Below are positions 27,947 to 37,300 of a stretch of 64,000 nucleotides of DNA, one piece after another. The notes beneath the pieces are model-generated. The model worked only from the letters and a program-made list of their open reading frames with translations, was not told the DNA's origin and ran no database searches. The stretch lies in NCBI GenBank assembly GCA_030141605.1, contig JAQGDQ010000010.1, positions 1,116,001-1,180,000 of the forward strand, written 5' to 3'. This DNA is from Tubiluchus corallicola (lineage: Eukaryota > Animalia > Priapulida). Numbering within the stretch: the stretch's first letter is position 1; every line of letters begins with the position of its first letter. A program made the translations under genes and the position numbers.

Positions 27947-30670
27947 GGAGAGAGACAGAGAGAGTGAGAGAGAGAGAAGGAGAGAGGGAGGAACAGAAAG
28001 AAGGCGAGAGACAAATGTGTAGTTGATGCTGTCTTGTTCCTAACTATTGGTATGATCAAAAGATCACACTACAAAACACCTAAGTAAGTCCTTGCTTAAC
28101 GATGCTAATGCGTTCCAGCAAAATGCGACATCAAGCGAAACATTGTAAAACGAAGCCAAGACTTCCATAGAAAGTAATGTAAAAAAGCTAAGATACGTTC
28201 CAGAGGCAAAAATCAATGCTGCTTAAATCATATAAATTAAAAGGTTTTATGACTGTTTACTTATGTCACTACTGATTAATTTCTTTCTGTTTGCTCGAAT
28301 CCATCTATATATCTTGCTAACCTAGCTAGGAGTTTCTCTTTTGTTAACATTTACGTCTAGGCAGTGATTAAACAATAAACACTGTCGTTACGGCAGCAGA
28401 GTCAAAACCAAGCGCTGGGCAACCTTGGGAATTTTATCTTGTCTGGTTACTACAGGCTGCAGGTAGAATTCCTTGCAGCTAGCATTTAGTGGTCAGTCAG
28501 GAAGCAAAAATGTATACTGTACTTGTATAATAATTGCACTGTTTAGATTATTAGTACGTATTTAGAACAGAATAACGCAATGTGTGCTGTTTCAATGCAT
28601 CGAATTAAGTAAAAAAGTTGTTGATAAAATAAAATTCACTTAGAGCAAAGTAAAAAAATGTTGTTAAAATGAAACAGTTCGTCCTTAGTCCTTACGTGAA
28701 AAAAGGTGTCAAATGCTCAGTTGAAATTAAATTTCAAATGTTAAAACGAAATGTCACTTAAACAGGGAATCGAGTGAATGCAATCAGAAAAACTTACTTA
28801 AAATATTCTGTGCTTATGCAAAAAATAAAAAATAAAAATAATTTAAACTCATTTAAATGAAAATGTAAATAGGACCTTCTGTATAACTGGACATAATCTT
28901 TTCCACTAGATGCTGACAGCTGGGTAGACAAGAGAAGCATGACATTGTTGGGTGCCCATGTTAATGCAATGCTGAAGCTGTTCTTATCAAGCTGAAACTG
29001 AAAACAGAGGACATTAATTATAACTGACAACATGCAATAACAGAAGTCTTAAGGAGAATAATTAAGAAGCCTTTAGAAATTGTCACAAATATTTCTTTTT
29101 AATAGATTTTACTTAAATATTACGTATATGACACAGGTACAGCTGTCATGTTAAACAACACATTTACACACACATTTTTTTACGAAATAAAAACTATAAT
29201 TAATTTTAAGCTAGCCAAAATATCTACCATGCTATGGACAAATACTGATAAAAATGCACCACTAGTGAATTTAAACAACCTAAAGCAAAACAAGATTCAT
29301 ATCCTACCACATTTTGAAGTGTGATAAGATAAGACATATATAATGCAGATAACTGTATTAAGGTAATTTCTATATCGTTTGTATTCTACTCCAGATATGT
29401 TATTATCTGTCTTGTTCACCAGCAAATGATATATTTCATTTTTCCATTTAACACTTTCTAAAATGGCTGCAGTGATCCTGGGTTTTTTGTGGCTTTATGA
29501 TTATTATTGCCTTTCTGTATTTTAATATGTTTGTCATAGATATGCGAAAGTTTAGTATGAGATAAGTTGTATACATCTTCGGTATTAATTGTAGAATATA
29601 AATCTCACCAATCACATTGATTCAAATCTCGGATAATTTTGTTTTTTATATGATCATTATAAATACGTTTGTGCATGTATTGCTTACTGAATGTTTCAAT
29701 TTTGAGATCAATGATTAAAAAAAATTGGAAGGTGGTCTGTTATATCTGTTAGAAAAATACCCAATTTATATTTATAGTCTAATAAAAATATTATCGATTA
29801 GTGTTGCTGAGTAAGGCGTGATTCTTGTTGGTCTTGTAACAGTAGGGAACAGAAAATTGGTTACCATTGTGTCTAGAACGTGCCTGGCTTCATTGTATGA
29901 AGCATGGTTTATTAAGTTTATATTATAGTCGCCTGGTAAAAAAAAATATATTTTATCTATTAACAATTGCCATAGTGTACTGTATTATGTCTGTAAAATA
30001 ATTAGGATTTTCACCAGGTGGTCTATATATTACTCCCATTACTGTATTTTTTTCTTAAAAGGTATAATTAGGCATTTACATCACAATAGTGATAACCATA
30101 CTTATTGTAATGTACCTTTTCTTCAGTTTTAAGGCAATCTGCTTATTCAACATAACAAGTTAAGGATGTAAATCTTAGTTCACATGTAAGATGTAAACGA
30201 TGATTAAGATTATACCTAATCAAAAACTGGTACAGAAGCATGACTACGTTTATCTCAACTTAAGATCTTTAGTTATAGACACTAAACTTATAATTACAAT
30301 AATTATGAATTAATTTTACTCGGATGGCCATAACAAAAAACAAAGAGAAAAGAAATTCCCGTACAGACTGAGCGGTAGCATCTAATTTCGTCTTAATAGT
30401 GTAAGGATCTGCGTGATTAATAACACAACTCTCACTAGATTCGGCTTCCCTTTTTTCACGTGACGCTGACTCAGATCTCTTTTCAAATTTTTGAAATCTA
30501 ATAGTTTGGAAGTAAGAGTGTTGAGAAAGAAGTGTGTTTTGTCTTTGATTCAAAGGAACCGGATTATATGCACCGTTATTTCGCGAAAAAGAACTACAGT
30601 AAACTGAAGATAATGAGAAACACGAAAAAGAACACACGGAAAAAATAACAAATTCTACTGTTATCGCCAT
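13281..30670 (-). CDS. SORT1: Sortilin (VPS10-domain sorting receptor), ~882 aa, 19 exons
   Basis: Exons: 30670-30365, 28997-28876, 27168-27072, 26106-25933, 25290-25217, 24771-24638, 24135-23968, 22102-21893, 21439-21345, 20944-20842, 19877-19709, 18258-18077, 17256-17082, 16919-16797, 16412-16265, 15270-15167, 14796-14646, 14405-14316, 13304-13281; total 2649 nt, in frame. Signal peptide, furin site REKR, Asp-box repeats (YRSTDGG, YISTDFG, YVSTDGGKTW, ITVDGGYTW), 10CC module (GYRKVPGDQC), one TM helix, tail YARL and DDDSDDELLL. Confidence 0.94.
13369..13480. repeat. Tandem duplication, 56-bp unit x2, in last sortilin intron
   Basis: caaacgtctct..gagtgatcag.gaccaatatcagaaa.cttttcccagc occurs at 13369 and again at 13425. 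Confidence 0.85.
13678..14193. mobile_element. hAT-type MITE, 516 bp
   Basis: TIRs cagggaaatgccga / tcggcatatctctg (12/14 match); 8-bp TSD gttattag / gttgttag; subterminal ccgatccgat repeats. Confidence 0.8.
18363..18658. mobile_element. Foldback element (about 70-bp inverted arms), probable Penelope-like retroelement relic with decayed hammerhead motif
   Basis: actgacacatccggagacttgccatctttaacatataaaaaaacgttgaatgc is inverted at 18606-18658. The minus strand at ~18450-18480 reads ttgatgaagcccattagggcaaaagctt. Confidence 0.6.
19338..19470. repeat. (CTG/CTA/ATA)n trinucleotide microsatellite
   Basis: Direct reading of the sequence. Confidence 0.95.
27897..28010. repeat. (GA)n-rich microsatellite
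   Basis: Direct reading of the sequence. Confidence 0.95.
29380..30060 (-). mobile_element. Decayed non-LTR retrotransposon (CR1/L2-like) APE-endonuclease fragment in sortilin intron 1
   Basis: Motifs GVIYRPPG, GDYNINL, PTVTRPTRITPYSATLIDNIF and a PWIT-like PRIT; frameshifts and stops present. Confidence 0.85.
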
Positions 30671-30763
30671 TTTACAAAAACAGCCAGTAGGTGGTGCAAC
30701 GCGAATACGTATAGTGCCATCTGTCGGTGGTGTGTCTTCCTTTTCAAGTTTTTGATACGAAAA
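30671..30763. promoter_or_regulatory. Bidirectional promoter SORT1/RPL37A with TCT/5'-TOP pyrimidine initiator
   Basis: Start codons at 30670(-) and 30764(+). tcttccttttc at ~30735-30745 lies just upstream of the RPL37A ATG, as typical of ribosomal protein genes. Confidence 0.75.
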
Positions 30764-33686
30764 ATGGTTTGTTTAGTTGAGAGTTTGTCTAAAATCCTCT
30801 TCAATCTTACTTATTTGACTATAAAACTAGACAGATTCGCTCCCTGTTTGTAACATAATGTCTTTTGTTTGTCTTAAGAGGCAATTTTAGTGCTACAGCG
30901 AGTTTAGTTCTTAATTATACAATCTTTCAACATTAATTCATTTATTGGTGTACGACTTCTATTAATCAATGCAAAAAATATTGCAAATGGATTATATTAC
31001 ACTAACCCTACGTACAAATAATGGATGACTTAAAATGCTAATAGTCGTATTCATTCCACATTGGATAAAATATATAGTATACATTCAAAAACAATTATAG
31101 TCATGCTGTTATACTGTCATAATTAAGGGTTAAGCGAGTACATTCATAGAAACCCCAAATTTTTCCGTAAAATAATTAACAATTTAAACTTTACTGTGGT
31201 TGGTGTGGCAATCACCATGGCAGGCAGATTCTTCTATTGATTCACAAGTCTCATAGAAAATGAATATTTACGAATGTCAAGACTTGACCGCTCTTTAAAC
31301 AGTTTCAAATAATGTCTTCTGGTTCTAGAATGATCAACTAAATTAAAGAATTTTTCAGGCAAAATGTTTACTTTTCTAGTTAATATTAATACATTCATTT
31401 AAAGAGTACAATTAACAGTTTAAACCTTTCAGCTTACAGATTACTCCTTTCAAATTTTCAGATCCTTTTCAAAAAACGAATAAGTATTATTGTTGAAGGA
31501 GGTTCATAATAATCATAGCTTCTTCAAGTTTTTCAGTTGGAGGGATTGTTCTCATAATGCTTATTGCATTACCTCTTTATAAAGCAATGAATAAACATTA
31601 GAATAAAAAACTAGTTGACCTAGTCTTCCCTGTGGCCCATTAAATACATTTGCCTAATGTGCTGATGAATTTCTTCCTTTCAGTACAAAGGGTACCAAAG
31701 GTTTCAATGTTAATTGGCCGAGAATGGGATGTTGGCAAAAGATTTTTGTATTTAACTAGAACACCTTCTAATTTTAGCTAACTGAGTCGCATAATAATAA
31801 TAATAATAATAATCTTTCGATTCTTTACACTATACCATTGAATTGTTTAGTGATGCTATAACCTATAGTCATGTTTGAGTGCCCCATTCTCGTTGCACTT
31901 TTGAATTTACTTATGTTCTATGAAGTTGTATTATGAATTATGACAACGGAAATGCAGAAACGCTACTAAAATTTTTAACCTCAAAATGTAAAACTGAGAT
32001 TTTGAGCTGGTAAAGAGTCTGTGTGTATACACCACTAACTCTGGGTGTATTTGCCGACTCGGTGAGGGGAACAGACGGAGAGAGCCTGGCATTTGTTATT
32101 TTCAAATTGCATTTTTCTTTTTAACCAATTTTATTATAGCTCATATTTGTTTCAGGCTAAGAGGACGAGAAAAGTTGGCATTGTGGGCAAGTATGGTACC
32201 CGGTATGGTGCATCTCTGCGTAAAATGATAAAAAAGATGGAAATCACTCAGCACTCAAAATACACATGTACATTTTGTGGAAAGGTGAGTAAAAGTGATG
32301 TGCTTTAATTATTATTGTGTATCTAGGAGTGCATAATTTTTTGTTGAACACGGATTAAAGTTTCTTTTCTACGTGTCAATACCAATGTAATACCTGTATG
32401 TACAAAGGAACATCATTATCGTGTCATTTCTGTCATTGAAATAACTGCATTGGGTACTTCCATAACTGACGTTTAATGTGTGATTGTACAAAAAGAATGT
32501 TAACAATAATCAATCATCAATTTTTCTCAGTCCAATTCAATTTTAGACCAATATAGCTTTTTTGATTAAAAATAAATTATAAAATTTAATTAATTTTAAA
32601 CACATTACTGCTAACCATTAAGAAATGAACAAGCTTTGATTTCAAATAAATTAAAACATTCTATGATTCAGATTTAAATATTCACAAAGCTCGAAAAAAT
32701 ATTTTTCTTCCCTTGCTGCTGACATTTTTTGAGCCATGTCTGGCCCATGCATAATGTGCATTCATTGTTATGATGAATTTTGCAATGTGCATGTTCATTC
32801 TCCAATGTGCAATTGTGCATGAAATTTGTTCATCCGTTTATAAACAAACAAGTGTTGTTGATTGTTTACTTGCCATTTAATTCATGATGAGTGCTTGCGT
32901 ACCATAAATATTTCTATACATGATGGTTTACGGGATATTTCATTGTTGTTACAGGATGCAATGAAAAGGACATGTATAGGTATCTGGAAATGCAAGGGCT
33001 GCCGTAAAACTGTAGCAGGTGGTGCTTATGTGTTTAGGTAGGTATTTTCTATAATGGCTAAAACCGATTGTTGCTTAATAGCGTTTATTTTTTAAAGAAA
33101 AAACACAAATGTAGTTATTTTATAACTCATTGTTTCTTCATATTTCTAAACTTTTCCAATACGGATCTTTGAAGCGTATGAAGCTGTGGTATCGGTACTA
33201 TAAATTGTTGCAGTCAGTAATCAATGTTTAACTGTTAAACTTAAATAACTGTGCACTATGTGCTAGTGTGGTAAAGTAACAAGTATTATGTTTTGGTGCT
33301 TGTTCTGAGTAATCTTTTCAGCTCTGTTATAATATAATAGTTTTAAGAGACATTCTTTGCTGTTCGTCAAGATTATATTTCAAGTAACACTGTCGAATCA
33401 GACTGCATGTCTAACAAAGTTTACAGTTACATTTTAGTATTTTGTTCATACGTGTGTACATGTTTTACTCTATGAAACCAGAACTATGATGATCTGTGTG
33501 TCTCTTTATTAATGAGACACAATCGTGAACAGGTTGGCATGACTAGTTGGTATTCGTGTATAGGTATATATTCGCATAATGCAAAAAATTAAAGGTAATT
33601 GGAGTTTTCTTTACATTTTTAGCACCACATCAGCCGCTACTGTCAGAAGTGCTGTTCGGAGATTGAGAGAGATGAAGGAATCATAG
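30764..33686 (+). CDS. RPL37A: 60S ribosomal protein L37a (eL43), 92 aa, 4 exons
   Basis: Exons 30764-30766 (ATG only), 32156-32284, 32955-33037, 33623-33686 give [92 protein letters not shown], with a C4 zinc finger. Confidence 0.97.
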
Positions 33687-34360
33687 ACTGTAATGTATAT
33701 TGTCTGTACATCAAATCCATCAAGTTTTAAATAATAATTTATCTCAGAATGTCTTTATGCAGTTTTTTTGTTTTTAGAAAGCATCTGATCAATCGTAATG
33801 TCGGCATAACAGAAAAAAAATTTGCTAGCGTTGTTGTTTTTTTACAATTTAAAATGCAAAACATGAAATCATTCTTGTGAAATTCAACATGAAACTAATT
33901 TATAAATAAGCAAATAGTAATTCAAAAGGAAAAACAAATTTCAATGCCTGTGTTCCAATGTTCAAACTTATAAAAGTTAAAAATTCTTAAATCTTCATCC
34001 TCAATGTCGAAGTCCTTTTCATTTTAATAAATACATGTCAAATACCATTAATAGTTTTAAACCATAGGTAAATGTAATTATTTTATACAATACCACATAA
34101 ATTGCAGATTTACTTTTTCGTTTGTGCTGCGGCTACCTGTTAATTCTTTTACCTTCGTTGTTTACATTTTAAACAGGAGCAAAATACGATTTTCATTCTT
34201 TGTATATATATAACTGATACACCAGAAACTCAACCTGTACAATTACCATTCATTGATAGAAAACTTATATCTACAATATAAATAGATGCAATATCATTTA
34301 GCATGCTTAGTTTTACTTTTCAGTCTTATGGGTGTTTGCTATACACGTGATGCTATCACA

Positions 34361-37300
34361 CTACAGTACATTGCTCACTGCACCACCTTGCGTCATCACT
34401 GGAACATTGGTGTTTATCGCTTGTTCGTAATCATCGACTGTCGTTGGGTTGAGGGTAAAATAGTGGTGACTGCCCTCCTCCTGCGGTAGTGGCATTTTGC
34501 CCCGATTTTCTAAACTGGTAATGGTTCCCACTTTGTCCGACGGCATTGTGTAGCCACTATCGTCTATCGGTGTTAGTTCATTGTAGTACGGATATTTAAA
34601 CATCTCATCTTGTACTGAGATACCTGGACTATTCGGCCAGGGCATTGGTGCTGAAGTGCTGCCTACAGTGCTTATCGGTGGTTTATTGCTAAACAAGGAA
34701 GAACATTTACATAAAAGAAAACATAATTACATTGTGTATGTGAGAAAAAAATCATCCACATACATGCATGTGTAATACAATAGTAATGACCTCTGTTGGA
34801 GCTATATACTGAAATTAAAATTTGCTTTAAACACTTTGTTTTCCCAAAATTTTGTTATTTATAAAAGTTATCCTTTTCATTTGCAGCTCAGAAAGTTGTG
34901 GCTGCCCGTATGTGCCATTTTGTAGTCCAGTAAAAAAAAAACCAGTGTTTTTAATTCGCACTGATTTGTGCACTAGCATCACTGACTGACAGTGGCTTTA
35001 AGTTGACGGAGAGTTGTTTAGCAGCTAGTCAAAATTGCTTCTTTTTGCAGCATGTCAATATCATGAACGTATGATTGCACTTGCAAAAAGATTTTGAGAA
35101 TTAGCATAATATAGACAATATGAACTCCCAGACTTGCAGAAACCTGAGTACTAGCATTACCTGTAGTCTCAGATATTTATTCAGAAGCCAGGGTGGTGAC
35201 TCTGTTAATGTGCATATATGTGCAACATAGATGTGAGTACGAATGGGTGAAAATTGCAACTTGGCAAATTTTGCAATGCAAATTTAGAACTGCCATGTTA
35301 GATCAGTGTCTCAGTCTAGAAATTTTACCTTGATAGTGGGCTAGCTTCCAATCCAGTCACTATCATCTACATGTTCATTAAGTAGGTCTGACCCTAATAC
35401 GTAAAGGTGACTCACTTTTTCCACATGTAGAAGACCAGACCTGCAATGATCATAGCAATAAGAGCAAGCACACCTATGGCAATTCCAATCCCCATGGCAA
35501 CGTCGGAATTGCTCGCACCGCTTCCGTGATCATCAGGAGTTTCAGGATCTTTTGGTTCAGCAACTGTAATGATAAAAGCACATTTAGCATATGACAGTTA
35601 CTGCCCCAGTGGTCCTATTCATGCTTTACTCCTGTTCAAATAAGCCGTATTTACACTTAGATGGCATGGTATGTCTGTTAAAGTAATCTATATTCAACTC
35701 AGTGGGTACTGGGTATCAAAATTTAAATTTAGAAATTGTACATTTAGATAATAATTACAAGGTAATCTCACTTTTATTCTTTATTTTAGATTTATGTGCA
35801 TTCACCAACATTTATTGCCAATGAGAGCATTAGTGTTTTTTTTGTAATTCATAGTGCTCATTGCTAGTTTTTGGTAATGCCATTTTTCTTGTTTTGTACA
35901 CACATTAAGAAATCTATTTCAGTGATATATTTTAAGTGCATTTTATTTAATTTTTACATGCACTACAGTTCCATCTGTTGTCAAAAAATAGAATAATAGG
36001 ATCGTAGTCCAAAGTATTCATTTTGGACTGATTTTAGGTCTTCCATGCAAAATTAAATTACATTATTGTAAAACATAGAGTCATAAGTCATTTAGTAGAG
36101 TAAATCACACACTCATGTATCGAAATAAATCGTAGCAGGTTCCTTTATTACCTGAAGAATTTTTATGCTAAAATCACTACATTTTGTTGGTGTATACTAA
36201 CACTTGTAGATGGTGCCACCAGTTTTGTAACAAATTGTTGGGTTTGTTATGACATTGTAAAATATGGGCACTTGTAGTACCTTTTATTGTCAATGAAAAA
36301 ACTGTAATCAATACGCACTGCATCTGGGTTCTGATCCAAAAGCATACTGCCACGTGGCATCCTTTGTGTTGTCACTGCACTCGCAAGTCATGTTGGGACT
36401 TCCGCTCAACCTTGTGGAATCGCCATCGCAACTGATAGTGACGTTCACACCGCATTCACAGTGGTGTTGGTCGCAGCGGTCAGCCGGGTATGGAAACAGC
36501 CTTGTGTCCTGCGTGCTGTGCTGCTTGATTTTCTGACACCCACCTTTGGAAGAGAAAAACAATTTATCTTTGCAAGTTATTGATAAATTCCTTATTAGCG
36601 GGGAAGAAAACGTGTCATTCATTGCTCATCTACTAATAACCATTGTAACTGTTACAGTACTGATAGTGAGAGTGAGAATCACCACTTTGATAGTAGTGTA
36701 TAGTCTACAATATTGAAAAACTAACAACTGATTTTATTTAGAAATATTTTGTTTTCCACACCTTGGAGCCCTAAGGCATGCCAGTGGTAAGTTGTTTCTA
36801 AGCCCAATTTTTATTTGGTCACTACGTATAACTGAGTGTACGTGGTTATTTATGTACTCACGACATGCAGGTTTCATCACCCATATTGGTGGCGTGCTGT
36901 CACAACTGCACCGTGCCGTGTTGGACCCGGCAATTGTCATCCCCTTACCGCATGTGTAGGACACATTCGTTTGACATGGACATGACGTGTCGCTGCAAAC
37001 ATCTTTTGGAAAGTCCACCACTTGAAGCTTGTGACCATCCCCACCATGCACGTAGACTGTCTCAGCTTCTGCTCGCTTGCAAGATACTAGAGAAACACAA
37101 AGCAGTTGACATTCTGATATTTTGTGTGACATCACTGGGATGTATTACAATTACTGTGAGATAGGCACAATTCCATAAACTTGTAAGCAGTCTTTTTTCA
37201 TTACGCTCATTTTGAATTTAATAAATGGCCACTTATTATTATTACATGTATCACAAGAGTTTCGGCAAAGGTATTTGATTAGAGCCTGCGACTTACTTTC

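Noticed and set aside
31001-31011. CTAACCCTA, resembling a TTAGGG telomerase RNA template, in RPL37A intron 1
   Set aside because: A 9-mer is expected by chance in a window this size; I found no pseudoknot, CR4/5 or H/ACA structure nearby.
31656-31792. C/D snoRNA reading (cTGATGA...CTGA) with gtacaaaggg complementary to 18S
   Set aside because: Box C is imperfect, the complementarity is not followed by a D or D' box, and the terminal stem is weak.
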